A stretch of DNA of 50,845 bases from assembly GCA_964605195.1 (NCBI GenBank), contig CAZSBC010000006.1, positions 1 through 50,845 on the forward strand, written 5' to 3'. Both the position numbers and the translations under genes were made by a program. The stretch comes from an uncultured Spirochaetales bacterium. Its GTDB lineage: Bacteria; Spirochaetota; Spirochaetia; JABMQR01. Each line of letters begins with the position of its first letter. Within the stretch, counting starts at the first letter, position 1. Under the pieces are notes generated by a model. That model saw only the letters and a program-made list of their open reading frames with translations, did not search any database and was not told where the DNA came from. Of the stretch, positions 38,165-49,634 are shown piece by piece.

Positions 38165-41100
38165 TATACTACGGGCAGAAGCCAACCGACGAATACTGGT
38201 ACTTGATGGTGCCATGGGAACGCTTATCCAGCAGGAACAGTTGACGGAAGCCGATTATCATGATCCATCGCTGGACGCGATCCTTGATGCTGTGTCGGTA
38301 CCGCTCAAGGGATGCGGCGACCTGCTTTCGCTTACCCGTCCCGAAGTGATCTACTCCATTCACAACCGGTACCTTGCTGCCGGAGCCGATATCATCACGA
38401 CCAATACCTTCACGGCCAATCCCGTTTCGCTCCGTGACTACAGTCTGCAGGAGCTGACCTATGACATAAACCTTGCTGCTGCCGAAATTGCCCGTCAAGC
38501 CTGCAGTGAGCATGAGGCTGCTGACGGAAAAAAGCGTTTTACCGCCGGATCCGTTGGGCCTACCAACAAGACACTCTCTCTCTCCCCCCGGGTCGAAGAT
38601 CCGGGGTTCCGCGATATAACCTTTCTGGAGATGCAGGAGGGCTACAGGCGACAGCTTGAAGGGCTTATGGACGGTGGTGTCGATATCATCCTTTTTGAAA
38701 CGATATTTGATACGCTCAATGTCAAGGCAGCCCTTGCAGCGGCAATGCAGCTCTTCAGGGAGCGAGAGGTGGAGCTCCCGATCATGCTGTCCGGGACTGT
38801 GAGTGATGCCAGCGGACGGCTGCTCTCCGGGCAGACTCCTGAGGCCTTTGCTGCTTCGGTACGGCACTGTAATCCACTATCAATCGGGTTGAACTGTTCC
38901 CTTGGAGCAGCTGAACTGCGGGGCCATATCGAGAAACTTGCCCCGAAGGTTGATACCCTTGTCAGTGTGCATCCCAATGCCGGCCTGCCGGACAGCCTTG
39001 GTGAGTATACCCAGTCGGCACGGGAGATGGCTGCCATAATCAGGAAATTCGCAGATTCCGGTCTCGTCAATATCGTTGGTGGATGCTGTGGAACCACTCC
39101 GGAGCATGTCCGGGCCCTTGTTGAAGCTGTCGAAGGATGCAGACCGAGAAGGATACCTGAAAAAGACGGAGAGACGCTACTCAGCGGGCTTGAAGTGCTC
39201 TCGGTTGATGCAGCCAAGAACTTTATCAACATCGGGGAACGTACGAATGTGGCCGGATCCCGGAAATTTGCCCGCCTTGTCAGAGAGAAGAAATATGAAG
39301 AGGCGCTGACTGTTGCCCGCTTACAGGTAGAGCAGGGGGCGCAGATCATTGATGTCTGTATGGACGATGCCATGCTGGATTCCAGGGAGGAGATGGTACG
39401 GTTCCTCAATCTAATGGCCGCAGAACCCGATATCAGCCGGGTGCCCGTAATGGTAGACTCCTCCGACTGGAGTGTGCTGGAGGCCGGCCTGCAGTGCATC
39501 CAGGGGAAGGGAATTGCCAACTCCATCAGCCTGAAGAATGGTGAGGATGATTTTCTTGCCAAGGCACAGCTGATCAGGCGCTACGGAGCTGCTGCCGTGG
39601 TCATGCTTTTCGATGAGTCCGGACAGGCTGCTACCTTTGAGAGAAAGGTTGAGATAGCCCGCCGTGCCTATACCCTGCTTACCGGTACAGTACACTTTCC
39701 TCCTGAAGATATCATCATTGATGCCAACATCCTCGCTATAGCAACGGGGATTTCAGATCATGACCGCTATGCTGTTGACTATATTGAGGCAGTCCGCTGG
39801 ATCAAGCAGCATCTTCCCGGAGTGCGCATCAGCGGGGGGGTAAGCAACCTGTCGTTCTCATTTAGGGGCTGCAATCCCATCAGGGAGGCGATGCACTCAG
39901 TATTTCTCTACCATGCCATCAAGGCCGGCATGGATATGGGAATTGTAAATCCGGGAATGCTTGTGCTTTATGACGACATAGAACCGGAGCTCCTCCACCT
40001 GGTTGAAGAAGTGGTGCTGGCCCTCAAGCCGGATTCGGCGGAAACGCTGGTTGATATGGCAGAGAGCCTGGCTGCAGAAGGACGCGGAAAAGGCAGTCCC
40101 GGCCGCCAGAGCGAGATGACCTGGAGGAACGAATCGGCCGACCGGCGATTGACCTATGCCCTGGTTCGTGGTATCTCTGAGTACATTGTCGAAGATGTCG
40201 AAACTGCCCGGCTGGAGGCTGCTGCGGATAACCGTCCTGCCCTTTCTCTGATCGAGGGACCGCTGATGGAGGGAATGAATCGTGTCGGGACTCTCTTCGG
40301 TGAAGGAAAGATGTTTCTTCCCCAGGTAGTGAAAAGTGCCCGGGTCATGAAAGAGGCGGTAAAGGTGCTTCAGCCCTTCATAGAGCAGGAGCAGGCCGGT
40401 GAGAACAGCTCTGCAGGCACAGTGCTACTGGCAACAGTTCGGGGTGATGTGCATGATATCGGAAAGAATATTGTAGCGGTCATACTTGCCTGCAACAACT
40501 TCAGGGTCATCAATATGGGTGTGATGGTCGAACCGCAGGATATTGCCGACAAGGCAGAGGAGGTGGGAGCCGATATCATAGGTCTGAGCGGCCTGATAAC
40601 GCCCTCCCTCAATGAAATGATTCACACCGTAGAGGAGCTCAATCGCCGCAGGTTTGTAACCCCGATCCTTATCGGGGGGGCGACTACCTCCCGGGAACAT
40701 ACAGCCTTCTTCATTGCACCAAAAAGCCGTAATCCGGTTGTTCATGTGCGGGACGCCTCCGAAAGCGTGAGGATTGCATCCGATCTCCTGCATCCCGAAA
40801 AGCGTGAAGGGTGTATCCGGGACATTGCCGGGCAGTATGCCCGGATACGTGAAGAGCTGCAGCATCGGGAACGGATTGTTCTGGAGACACTGGATGAGAG
40901 CCGTGCACAGCGCTTCAGAACAACAGGTGATCCTCCCGTTCTGTCACCCCGCACAATCGGTATAACGGTATATGATACGGTAACGCTGGATGGTCTGCTG
41001 CCCTATATCAACTGGAAGATGCTCTTTCATGCCTGGAAAGTCCGGGGTGATTCACAGGCCTCGGCTGCTGTCCGCAACGAGGTGATTGCTTTGCTGCGGC

Positions 41101-41840
41101 GCTGTGAGAAAGCGGGGTTTTTTTCACCACGCGGGGTCATCGGAATCTTCCCTGCCGCTCAGGCAGGAGACGATGTGGATCTGTTTGATCCCGATAACCG
41201 GAAAAAAACGGCGGGAACACTCCATTTTCTCAGGCAGCAGGCAGCAGGATCCAGGCATCTCTCGCTCTCCGACTATATCTTGCCTCCCGATTCCAAAGGA
41301 GCTCCGCAGGATTATATCGGGCTTTTTGCAACAACGGCCGGGAACGGGTTGCACGGAGAAATTGGGCGGTTGCGTTCCACGGGAGAACTCTATGAAGAAC
41401 TCCTGCTGCAGACTGCGGCTGACAGGATTGCCGAAGCAATGGCCGAGTATGTGCATGAAAAGTTCCGCCGCGAAGCGTGGGGCTATGAAACAGAGCAGCA
41501 GAGCAACCCCGGTGAACTTGTTGACGAGACGTCCCCCTATCGGGGGATACGGCCAGCTCCCGGGTACGCCACTGCACCTGATCACACCGAGAAAGCGACG
41601 ATCCTTGCTCTGCTTGGCGGTGAAAGGGTGACCGGTGTTGCGCTCACCGAGACGTTTGTCATGAATCCTCCGGCATCGGAGTGCGGGTATCTGTTCAGCT
41701 CTCCCGAAGCCGACTATTTTTCCGTCGGCAAGATTGATTCTGTGCAGCTTGCAGATTATGCTGATAGAAAGGGCTGGAGCCTGCAGGAGGCTGGCAGATG
41801 GCTCTCCATGGTGCTGGAATACCAGGATAGAGAGGTGTAG
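38151..41840 (+). CDS. metH: Cobalamin-dependent methionine synthase
   Basis: LDGAMGT, GLNCS, GGCCGT (Zn), [22 protein letters not shown] (B12), [17 protein letters not shown] activation domain. Confidence 0.98.
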   Translation: MNTTDILRAEANRRILVLDGAMGTLIQQEQLTEADYHDPSLDAILDAVSVPLKGCGDLLSLTRPEVIYSIHNRYLAAGADIITTNTFTANPVSLRDYSLQELTYDINLAAAEIARQACSEHEAADGKKRFTAGSVGPTNKTLSLSPRVEDPGFRDITFLEMQEGYRRQLEGLMDGGVDIILFETIFDTLNVKAALAAAMQLFREREVELPIMLSGTVSDASGRLLSGQTPEAFAASVRHCNPLSIGLNCSLGAAELRGHIEKLAPKVDTLVSVHPNAGLPDSLGEYTQSAREMAAIIRKFADSGLVNIVGGCCGTTPEHVRALVEAVEGCRPRRIPEKDGETLLSGLEVLSVDAAKNFINIGERTNVAGSRKFARLVREKKYEEALTVARLQVEQGAQIIDVCMDDAMLDSREEMVRFLNLMAAEPDISRVPVMVDSSDWSVLEAGLQCIQGKGIANSISLKNGEDDFLAKAQLIRRYGAAAVVMLFDESGQAATFERKVEIARRAYTLLTGTVHFPPEDIIIDANILAIATGISDHDRYAVDYIEAVRWIKQHLPGVRISGGVSNLSFSFRGCNPIREAMHSVFLYHAIKAGMDMGIVNPGMLVLYDDIEPELLHLVEEVVLALKPDSAETLVDMAESLAAEGRGKGSPGRQSEMTWRNESADRRLTYALVRGISEYIVEDVETARLEAAADNRPALSLIEGPLMEGMNRVGTLFGEGKMFLPQVVKSARVMKEAVKVLQPFIEQEQAGENSSAGTVLLATVRGDVHDIGKNIVAVILACNNFRVINMGVMVEPQDIADKAEEVGADIIGLSGLITPSLNEMIHTVEELNRRRFVTPILIGGATTSREHTAFFIAPKSRNPVVHVRDASESVRIASDLLHPEKREGCIRDIAGQYARIREELQHRERIVLETLDESRAQRFRTTGDPPVLSPRTIGITVYDTVTLDGLLPYINWKMLFHAWKVRGDSQASAAVRNEVIALLRRCEKAGFFSPRGVIGIFPAAQAGDDVDLFDPDNRKKTAGTLHFLRQQAAGSRHLSLSDYILPPDSKGAPQDYIGLFATTAGNGLHGEIGRLRSTGELYEELLLQTAADRIAEAMAEYVHEKFRREAWGYETEQQSNPGELVDETSPYRGIRPAPGYATAPDHTEKATILALLGGERVTGVALTETFVMNPPASECGYLFSSPEADYFSVGKIDSVQLADYADRKGWSLQEAGRWLSMVLEYQDREV

Positions 41841-41848
41841 AGGGGTAT

Positions 41849-42802
41849 ATGAAAGTAACTGATATTATTGCATCGTCCAAATCACCACTGTTTACCTTTG
41901 AGTTGCTGCCACCGTTGAAGGGGCACCAGATGGAGAAGATCTCCGTGGCCATTGAAACATTGCGGGATTACAACCCGGCCTACATCAACTTCACTTATCA
42001 TCAGCAGGAGGTGGTCTATGTTGAGCGGGAGGACGGTCTAGCCGAGCGGAGGGTTCTGCAGAAGCGTCCGGGAACAGTTGCCCTTTCTGCTGCCGTGAAA
42101 TACAAGTACAACATTGAGGTAGTGCCCCACCTGCTCTGCGGGGGAATGACTGCTGAGGATATTGAGAATGAGCTCATAGAGCTTAACTTCCTCGGGATCG
42201 ACAATGTGTTTGCCCTGCGAGGCGACCCTCCCCGGGGAGAACGCAGATTTGTTCCCACGAGGTTCGGTCACCGCTATACCAATGAACTTGTCCAGCAGAT
42301 TGCGGAGATGAACAGGGGAAAATACCTTGATGAGGGGCTGAAGAACACAAAGAAGAGTGATTTCTGCATCGGGGTTGCCGGGTATCCGGAGAAACATGCC
42401 GAAGCTCCCAACATGGATCATGACATTGCCATGCTGAAGCAGAAGATAGATGCCGGTGCGCACTATATCGTTACCCAGATGTTCTTCCTCAATGACCGCT
42501 TCTTCACATTTGTGAAGCGCTGCCGTGATGAGGGGATAACGGTACCGATCATTCCCGGCATCAAGCCGCTGTCGGCGCTTAATGACATTTTGCTCATTCC
42601 TCAGACGTTCAGCATAGATCTGCCTGAAGAGCTTTACCTTGCCGTTTCCAAGTGCAAGACAAATGCCCAGGTCAGAGAGGTCGGGGTTGAGTTTGCCCGG
42701 CAGCAGTCCAGAGAACTGCTTGCCTTTGGAGTTCCCGGTATTCATTACTATACGCTCGGTAGGGCAGATAATATTGCCAGGATTGTTGAGCAGGTGTTCT
42801 GA
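41849..42802 (+). CDS. metF: 5,10-methylenetetrahydrofolate reductase
   Basis: TFELLPP, VPHLLC, ALRGDPP, VAGYPEKH, KIDAGA..IVTQMFF, GIHYYT. Confidence 0.95.
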   Translation: MKVTDIIASSKSPLFTFELLPPLKGHQMEKISVAIETLRDYNPAYINFTYHQQEVVYVEREDGLAERRVLQKRPGTVALSAAVKYKYNIEVVPHLLCGGMTAEDIENELIELNFLGIDNVFALRGDPPRGERRFVPTRFGHRYTNELVQQIAEMNRGKYLDEGLKNTKKSDFCIGVAGYPEKHAEAPNMDHDIAMLKQKIDAGAHYIVTQMFFLNDRFFTFVKRCRDEGITVPIIPGIKPLSALNDILLIPQTFSIDLPEELYLAVSKCKTNAQVREVGVEFARQQSRELLAFGVPGIHYYTLGRADNIARIVEQVF

Positions 42803-42820
42803 GGGACAGAAAGCAGGTAT

Positions 42821-43264
42821 ATGGCCCATAAAAAGAGTCGGAGAAGCAGGTCACGAAAAAGTATCCGTTACACCCTGAACGGTTTTCAGGTCGCTTTCGG
42901 CCTGCTCTTTCTTATCATGGGAATTGCCGGTATTACGGGAGAGAACTCGTTCCTCGGGGAGTTGGGCAGATCGGTCTCCGAGGTGTTCGGCAGCGATCTT
43001 GCTGTAATTGAGATCCTATTCTCAATTCTCGAACTATTCTGCGGTATTGTCCTGATCGCCACAATTTTTGCCAAGGTGCATAAGAGACTGGTCCATGGTG
43101 TCATCATGGCTGCCATAATGTTCTGGATTGTGGTCATCATTCTTCATGATATCGTACTGCCTGATTTCCATTCAGGAAGATTCGACTGGTTCTTCTGGGG
43201 ACAGACCCTCGTTCTCCATATCGTTGCGCTTATTGCCCTGGTGCTCACCTGGTTGGAGCGTTGA
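42821..43264 (+). CDS. Hypothetical 4-TM membrane protein
   Basis: Basic N-terminus followed by four hydrophobic segments; directly follows metF. Confidence 0.7.
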   Translation: MAHKKSRRSRSRKSIRYTLNGFQVAFGLLFLIMGIAGITGENSFLGELGRSVSEVFGSDLAVIEILFSILELFCGIVLIATIFAKVHKRLVHGVIMAAIMFWIVVIILHDIVLPDFHSGRFDWFFWGQTLVLHIVALIALVLTWLER

Positions 43265-43269
43265 TAGCC

Positions 43270-44742
43270 TTATAACGCCTCTCTGCAGAAGGCCGCAAGC
43301 AGTTCTACCAGAAAATCAAAGGTTCTCTTAGTCGAGGCGATGTTCAGGCGCTCTTCCACAGAGTGAGCTCCCCTGATATCTGGCCCGAATGAGATTGAAT
43401 CCAGTCCCGGAATCCTGCTGTTGATGACTCCGCATTCGAGACCGGCATGAATGGCAGTAACTTCAGGTTCTGTTCCCGTGAAGTTCCTGTAGGTCTCTGC
43501 ACAGAGGGCCGCCAGAGGTGACTGCATGTTGGGTGTCCACGAGGGATAGACGTTGATTCTCTCCGTTTCGGCTCCCGATAGCTTCAGGGCAGTTTTCGTC
43601 CGTTCGGACATGTCGATCAGAGATGCCGGTACGGATGAGCGCTGGCTGGTATCGAAAAAGAAGGTTCCGTCCTCAAGCAATACCACGGCCAGGTTGTTGG
43701 ATGTCTCCACCAGACCCGCAATCTCGGCGCTCCATGCATATGGGCCGTGTGGAGTGATGTAGAGTGACCGGATCACGGCTGCCGACTGCGCGGCGGATAC
43801 AGCGCTCTCAGGCACTTCGGCTGGGACCACGGTAATCTCTCCGTCCGGATCCTTGATGGCAAGTTCCTGCCTGATAGCCTCTGAAACCATTGCGGCGCTT
43901 TCCTGCACAAGGGCCGCATACTGTGTCTTCACAGTGAAGGTGCATGAGAAGGTGCTTGGAATGACATTGCGCTTTGATCCGGCCCGGATGGCACTGATCA
44001 TCACCCCGTTTTCAGCTCCGGTGATAACGGAGTTGAGGAAGCGTGCTCCGTAGAGGATGGAGTTTCCCCGTCCGGTATGGATCTCACTTCCGGAATGACC
44101 GCCCTTCAGACCGCTGATCGTACAGGTGAAGGCTGTATGGTCCTCCGGGACCTTCTGAAAATCGGCCGGGAGGTTTCCGACAATTTCGCTGCCGCCGGCG
44201 CACCCGATAATGAAAACCCCCTCCTCCTCGGAATCGAGGTTTATCAGCAACTGAGAAGTTATCATGGATCCGTCAAGCGCAAGCGCCCCGTCGAGCCCTG
44301 TCTCTTCTGAAATGGTGAACAGCGTCTCTAGCGGACCGTGCACTGCGTTTCCATCGGCAAGGATTGCAAGGGCCATTGCCACCGCTATGCCGTTATCGGC
44401 ACCCAGGGTGGTATCCCGGGCTTTCATCCACTTCCCGTCTCTGACTAGCGTTATCGGATCTGTCAGGAAGTTATGCGTTGATCCCTCCGCCTTAACGCAA
44501 ACCATATCCATATGACCCTGTAGTACGACACCGGGGGCCTCTTCGTTTCCCGTGGAAGCCGATTTTCGGATCACGATATTGCCGATGGAGTCACTCAGCC
44601 ACTCCAGGCTGTGCTGCTCGGCGAAGGTGATAAGGTACTCCCTGAAAGCAGCTTCGTTTCCCGATTCCCGCGGGATGGCAGAGAGTTCCGCAAAATATTT
44701 CCATACGGATGCAGGCTTCAAGCCCTCAATAGCTGTTGACAT
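43270..44742 (-). CDS. pepD: Aminoacyl-histidine dipeptidase (M20C)
   Basis: IPRESGNE, LQGHMDMV, TTLGADNG, EETGL, NLDSEEEG, GGHSG, IHAGLECG, HSVEE. Confidence 0.95.
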   Translation of the reverse strand: MSTAIEGLKPASVWKYFAELSAIPRESGNEAAFREYLITFAEQHSLEWLSDSIGNIVIRKSASTGNEEAPGVVLQGHMDMVCVKAEGSTHNFLTDPITLVRDGKWMKARDTTLGADNGIAVAMALAILADGNAVHGPLETLFTISEETGLDGALALDGSMITSQLLINLDSEEEGVFIIGCAGGSEIVGNLPADFQKVPEDHTAFTCTISGLKGGHSGSEIHTGRGNSILYGARFLNSVITGAENGVMISAIRAGSKRNVIPSTFSCTFTVKTQYAALVQESAAMVSEAIRQELAIKDPDGEITVVPAEVPESAVSAAQSAAVIRSLYITPHGPYAWSAEIAGLVETSNNLAVVLLEDGTFFFDTSQRSSVPASLIDMSERTKTALKLSGAETERINVYPSWTPNMQSPLAALCAETYRNFTGTEPEVTAIHAGLECGVINSRIPGLDSISFGPDIRGAHSVEERLNIASTKRTFDFLVELLAAFCREAL

Positions 44743-44803
44743 ACGTTCCTCCTAGTATCATGTGAGTCTCCTGCAGAACGATTGATTATTGCAGGCAATC
44801 GGT

Positions 44804-45985
44804 TCATGAATCTTCTGTGAGTCGGTTCACAATCATTTTCCCGCCGATAATGGTCGCAACCGGGACATACTCCCGGTTGAAGATGGTAATGTCGGCGATC
44901 GATCCGGGAACAAGCGAGCCGCGGTTGTGAAAGTGGTAAATCCTTGCCGGATTGCTGCTGGCCATCTGGACGGCATTCTCGATAGGTATACCCCACTCTA
45001 CGAGATTGCGGATTCCGCCGAGCATGGTCAGTGACGAACCGGCAATCACATCATCGATTTTCTTGTGAAAGAGTCCATCCTTGATATATACCTCTTCCTT
45101 GTTGGCTGTGAATGTACCGTTCTGCTGCATGGTGGGTTTCAGGGCATCGCTGACCAGTACCACCTTGCTTACCGGCTTGTCCCGCAGCAGGAGTTTTACC
45201 AGGTCGGGATGGACGTGCTGCCCGTCGGCTATGATTTCACAGGCCATCTCAGGATGTATCATGATGGCTCCCACCGCACCGGGGTTGCGATGATGCAGCC
45301 GGCTCATGGCATTGAAGAAGTGGGTGGAGTGCAGAATGCCAGCTTGCATGCCCTCGACCATGTTCTCATAGGTGGCATCGGTGTGGCCTGCCAGCAGGGT
45401 GATGCCGTTTTTTACGGCATACAGCGCAATATCTCGCATGTTCTTTAACTCAGGCGCAACAGTCATGCAGACAACGTGTCCGTGACCTGCCTTGATGAGT
45501 CGCTCCATCAGGGCGATGTCAACACTCTTCGCTGCACTGGTTTTCTGGGCCCCGATTCTCTTTGGAGAGACAAAAGGGCCCTCCAGATTGATTCCGAGGA
45601 TACGTGCCCCTTTCTCCCGCCCGATAGCCCTGACACAGGCCTCTGTTGCCTCGATCATGATCTCTTCTTCATCGGTATAGATAGTGGGCAGGAATCCTGT
45701 GACTCCGTATGTTGCCAGCATTTCCGACATACCGAGGATTGAGTCGCTTGAACGGTCGTCTGCACCGAAACCACCAAAGCCGTGAATGTGCGTATCGATG
45801 AATCCCGGGGTGATGAAGGCCCCTCCGGCGTCATATATTTGTGTCTGCCTGTGAAACTGCTTGCTTCGGAAGCGTTTTTCACTGAATACATCGGCAATTT
45901 CATCCCCGGAAATCAGCAAACAGCTGTTATCCAGTTTGGTATACCCGGTGAGTATCGTTCCATTGTGTATTACGATATCAGGCAT
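44804..45985 (-). CDS. nagA: N-acetylglucosamine-6-phosphate deacetylase
   Basis: PGFIDTHIHG, NLEGPF, GHTDA, THFFNAM, IADGQH, IAGS; AGGAGG RBS before ATG 45985. Confidence 0.95.
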   Translation of the reverse strand: MPDIVIHNGTILTGYTKLDNSCLLISGDEIADVFSEKRFRSKQFHRQTQIYDAGGAFITPGFIDTHIHGFGGFGADDRSSDSILGMSEMLATYGVTGFLPTIYTDEEEIMIEATEACVRAIGREKGARILGINLEGPFVSPKRIGAQKTSAAKSVDIALMERLIKAGHGHVVCMTVAPELKNMRDIALYAVKNGITLLAGHTDATYENMVEGMQAGILHSTHFFNAMSRLHHRNPGAVGAIMIHPEMACEIIADGQHVHPDLVKLLLRDKPVSKVVLVSDALKPTMQQNGTFTANKEEVYIKDGLFHKKIDDVIAGSSLTMLGGIRNLVEWGIPIENAVQMASSNPARIYHFHNRGSLVPGSIADITIFNREYVPVATIIGGKMIVNRLTEDS

Positions 45986-46083
45986 ATATGCCTCCTGCAT
46001 GCGTTGGTTACCTGTATAACTATAGAGTGAAAAGAAGCCGCGGTCAATGAATCCTCGCGACAGCAGGCTGGCTGTTTAGGGTT

Positions 46084-47493
46084 TTATTCTCTGGTGAGGT
46101 CATTGAGCCAATTGCCGGTTTTTGCTCGTCTTCCGGAGATAATCATCTTGTAGAGCTCCTCAAGACTTACCAGCAGGTAGACGAGATGCAGAGGCAGGTG
46201 CAGCAGCAGTCCGCCGATAAAGGCCAGGGGAACTCCAACACACCAGACACTGGTCATTTCGAGAAAAAGGGAGAAGCGGGTATCGCCGCCACTTCTCAGG
46301 ACCCCCACAATGGAGTGGAGGTTGAATATCTTAACCGAAAGCAGGCACCCGAGCACAACAAGTGATCTGGTGGCCATGGCCTGGATATCCTGAGATATAT
46401 TGAAGGCCATGGGGATGACGCGGGCGGCAGCTATCATGACAGCACCCACCACAGCTCCGGTCAGGAAACCAAGGATGAGGGAGCCGGATGCGTAATCGGT
46501 AGCGGTTGCATATTGCTGTTGACCTATCTTCTTGCCGATAAGAATAGCCGAACCGTTGGCTGTACCTATGAAGACAATGAAGAAAAGGCTCTGAATAGCC
46601 TCTGTGACATTGGCAGCTGCTATGTAATCGGTGCCCATTCTGGCAAAGACGACCTTATAGAGCACCATCCCGAGAGACCAGGCAAGTTCGTTGAGAATAA
46701 CCGGACTGGCAGTCTTGAGGAATTTTACGGTAAAGGTTCTCGAGAAGGAAAACAGTTCATGCAGCGGCGCAGCGGAGGGCTTCTTTCGGGCATAGGAAAT
46801 TGTGAGTACCAAGACCATTTCAAGTCCCCGTGAGAAGGTTGTTGCAATTGCTGCCCCGCGAACCCCCATCTGCGGGAAGCCAAATTTACCGAAAATAAGC
46901 AGATAATTGAGTAGGGCATTGGTTGTCATGGATATTGCCGAAACCAGCAGCGGTATCCTGGGGTTTTCGGTGCTTCTCAGGGCTGCTGAGAAGATGAAGG
47001 TTGTTGCAGAAAAGAGATAACTTATTCCGACAATCCTGAGGTACTCTGCCCCCACCCCGATAACGGCAGTATCGATGGTGAATATCTTCATGATGAGTAC
47101 CGGGGTGAAAATAGATGCAGCGGCTATCAGGGCGGCTATAGGTAAACCTATGGTGAGGGCAAGACCAAGAGTCTTGTGTATGCTCTGAAGATCTTTCTTG
47201 CCCCAGAATTGGGCAAAGAAGATAGCCGAACCGCTGCTGATCCCGAAGAATATCAGGATGACAAGAAAGAACATCTGGTTTGCGAGGCCCACAGCGGCTA
47301 TCTCCACCTTGCCGAGCTGCCCGATCATCAGCGTGTCGACGAAAGAGAGCGATGAAGCCAGGAAATTCTGCAGCATGATGGGAATAGCCAGCGTGAAGAG
47401 GGAGCGGTAGAAGGTCCTGTCACGCAGGACGTTGCCGGGGGAGAAGAGTACCCATGGATTCAGTGTGGTTCTACAGGATTGGGACTGGTTCAC
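46084..47493 (-). CDS. MATE-family efflux transporter
   Basis: LAIPIMLQ, VDTLMIGQLG...AAVG, NYLLIFG.FG.PQMGVRGAAIAT, LRSGGDT. Start set at GTG 47493. Confidence 0.93.
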   Translation of the reverse strand: MNQSQSCRTTLNPWVLFSPGNVLRDRTFYRSLFTLAIPIMLQNFLASSLSFVDTLMIGQLGKVEIAAVGLANQMFFLVILIFFGISSGSAIFFAQFWGKKDLQSIHKTLGLALTIGLPIAALIAAASIFTPVLIMKIFTIDTAVIGVGAEYLRIVGISYLFSATTFIFSAALRSTENPRIPLLVSAISMTTNALLNYLLIFGKFGFPQMGVRGAAIATTFSRGLEMVLVLTISYARKKPSAAPLHELFSFSRTFTVKFLKTASPVILNELAWSLGMVLYKVVFARMGTDYIAAANVTEAIQSLFFIVFIGTANGSAILIGKKIGQQQYATATDYASGSLILGFLTGAVVGAVMIAAARVIPMAFNISQDIQAMATRSLVVLGCLLSVKIFNLHSIVGVLRSGGDTRFSLFLEMTSVWCVGVPLAFIGGLLLHLPLHLVYLLVSLEELYKMIISGRRAKTGNWLNDLTRE

Positions 47494-47524
47494 ATTACGG
47501 TAGTATCGTATGGATCGGAGAAAG

Positions 47525-49462
47525 TCAACGGCCTGATGTTTTCCGTGATCGTTTTTGTCGGGAAATGTTTTTCCCCCCAGCGGATGAGCCGGAAACAAGG
47601 CAATCGGCTCCCCTGCCGATCAGATCCTTACGGCCGGCTTTTTCCAGGGCTTCCGCCACCAGTTTCCGGTTTTCACGTTTATGGAAGTGCAGAAGTGCTC
47701 TCTGCAGCTGTTTTTCGCGTCCTCTGGGGACATGGACAGATGCAAAATTCCTGTCGGGCCTTGGATCCAGGCCGGTGAAGTAGATTGCAGTGGCAACAGT
47801 TCCCGGGGTGGGGTAAAAATCCTGCACCTGGTCGGGAATGAAGTGCGCTTCCTTGAGATAGAGCGCAAGCTCGACGGCATCCTGCAGCGTGGATCCGGGA
47901 TGACCTGAGATGAAATAGGGGATGATATACTGCTTTTTCCCGGCTTGTTTGCTTGCGGCGGCAAAGAGAGCTGCGAAGCGTTCATAGACCGCTATCCCGG
48001 GTTTCCCCATATAATCGAGGACGCTCTCTGAGACATGCTCGGGAGCCACCTTGAGCTGTCCGCTTACATGATGGGAGGCTAGTTCGGTTATGAAGCGATT
48101 GCGGGTTGCCGAATCTGTACTGGAAAGCAGGTAGTCATAACGGATGCCGGACTTGATGAACACTTTCCGAACTCCGGATATGGAGCGGGCCTTCTTCAAC
48201 AGAGAGAGGTATTCTGCATGGGAATCTCTCACAGCGGAACATACTTGCGGATGGAGACAGAGCTTGTCGGTACAGGGTCCGTGCTTCAGCTGTCGTTTGC
48301 AGGCCGGAGCCTGAAAGTTGGCCGTAGGACCTCCAATGTCATGAATATATCCTCTGAAGGCGGAGTGGGTAGTCAGCTCCCTGATTTCATTGAGAATTGA
48401 TTCGTGGGACCTGCTCTGGATAATCCTACCCTGATGTGTGGTTATGGCACAGAACGAGCAACTGCCATAGCACCCGCGGTTGCTGGTGATACTGAACTGG
48501 ACCTCCTCCAGGGCAGGCACACCTCCTGCAGCAGCATAATCCGGATGATAGTCCCGTGCAAAGGGCAGTTCGTACAGTGCATCAAGCTCCCCGGTTGAAA
48601 GGGGTTTTGCTGGGGGGTTCTGTACAACATGTCTGGTATCATACTCCTCGATAACAGGCTCAGGATGCATCGGGTTCTCATGAAGCATTCTCAGTTGGAC
48701 ACTTTTGACATAGGCCCTTTTTGCAGCTGCTGAGGCCAGATTGGATTGCGGGTCCCGACCGGACAGAGCTGAATAGGGGGGCAGGGTGATGATACCTGAA
48801 GTGGCAGATATCTGCTGTTTCTGTATGGCTGTGACTGTTCCCGGTACATCCTTGATCGTGGAGATTGCGGCTCCCGTGCGCAGACGGGCTGCAATCTCCG
48901 TTATCGCTCTCTCTGCCATACCGTAGATAAGGAGATCGGCCTTGGCATCCAGGAGAATGGAGCGGCGGATGCGGTCGCTCCAGTAATCGTAGTGGGAAAG
49001 TCGTCGCAGGGAGGCTTCAATCCCGCCGATGATCACCGGGATTCCGCTGTAGGCCTGTCGTATCCGCATGGTATAGGTAATGACCGCCCTGTCGGGTCTT
49101 TTCCCCGGTATTCCACCGGGGGAGTAGGCGTCCCGGCTGCGTGGTTTTCTCGTGGAGGTGTAGTGGGCTACCATAGAATCAAGATTGCCGGCAGAGACCA
49201 GGAATGCCAGCCCGGGTCGGCCAAGGCGTCTGAAGTCATCGGCATTTCTCCAGTCCGGCTGGGCAATGATGCCCACCCGGTACCCCTGTGACTCCAGCAG
49301 GCGCCCGATCAGCGCCGTACCGAATGATGGATGATCGACATATGCATCACCGCTGACTATGATGAAGTCGCAGCTGTCCCACCCCCTGGCATCCAGATCC
49401 TGTTGGGTTGTGGGGAGAAATCGTTTCCGCGCATTTGGCGAACTTGCCGGTTCAGCTTTCAT
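47525..49462 (-). CDS. ygiQ: YgiQ/UPF0313 radical SAM protein
   Basis: [39 protein letters not shown] (CxxxCxxC), [16 protein letters not shown]. Start set at ATG 49462. Confidence 0.95.
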   Translation of the reverse strand: MKAEPASSPNARKRFLPTTQQDLDARGWDSCDFIIVSGDAYVDHPSFGTALIGRLLESQGYRVGIIAQPDWRNADDFRRLGRPGLAFLVSAGNLDSMVAHYTSTRKPRSRDAYSPGGIPGKRPDRAVITYTMRIRQAYSGIPVIIGGIEASLRRLSHYDYWSDRIRRSILLDAKADLLIYGMAERAITEIAARLRTGAAISTIKDVPGTVTAIQKQQISATSGIITLPPYSALSGRDPQSNLASAAAKRAYVKSVQLRMLHENPMHPEPVIEEYDTRHVVQNPPAKPLSTGELDALYELPFARDYHPDYAAAGGVPALEEVQFSITSNRGCYGSCSFCAITTHQGRIIQSRSHESILNEIRELTTHSAFRGYIHDIGGPTANFQAPACKRQLKHGPCTDKLCLHPQVCSAVRDSHAEYLSLLKKARSISGVRKVFIKSGIRYDYLLSSTDSATRNRFITELASHHVSGQLKVAPEHVSESVLDYMGKPGIAVYERFAALFAAASKQAGKKQYIIPYFISGHPGSTLQDAVELALYLKEAHFIPDQVQDFYPTPGTVATAIYFTGLDPRPDRNFASVHVPRGREKQLQRALLHFHKRENRKLVAEALEKAGRKDLIGRGADCLVSGSSAGGKNISRQKRSRKTSGR

Positions 49463-49634
49463 GGCAGGTATACTACTCCACCGGCAGGGCTTGTGCAAGG
49501 GCATCATATGATGCTAACTATGATTATTACAGACAGGCTTGTTTCGTCAGGAAAAGCCTACCCAAAGGAGGTGTTTTGGAGTATTATACCTGCAGATTGC
49601 CAGCCGGCTGGCAGAATACGTAGGGGAAAGCGAT

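Noticed and set aside
46084-49590. Long overlaps implied by ORF-track starts (47598, 49507, 49539; also 26144/26189)
   Set aside because: Downstream starts with promoter or RBS support remove the overlaps and non-homologous N-termini.
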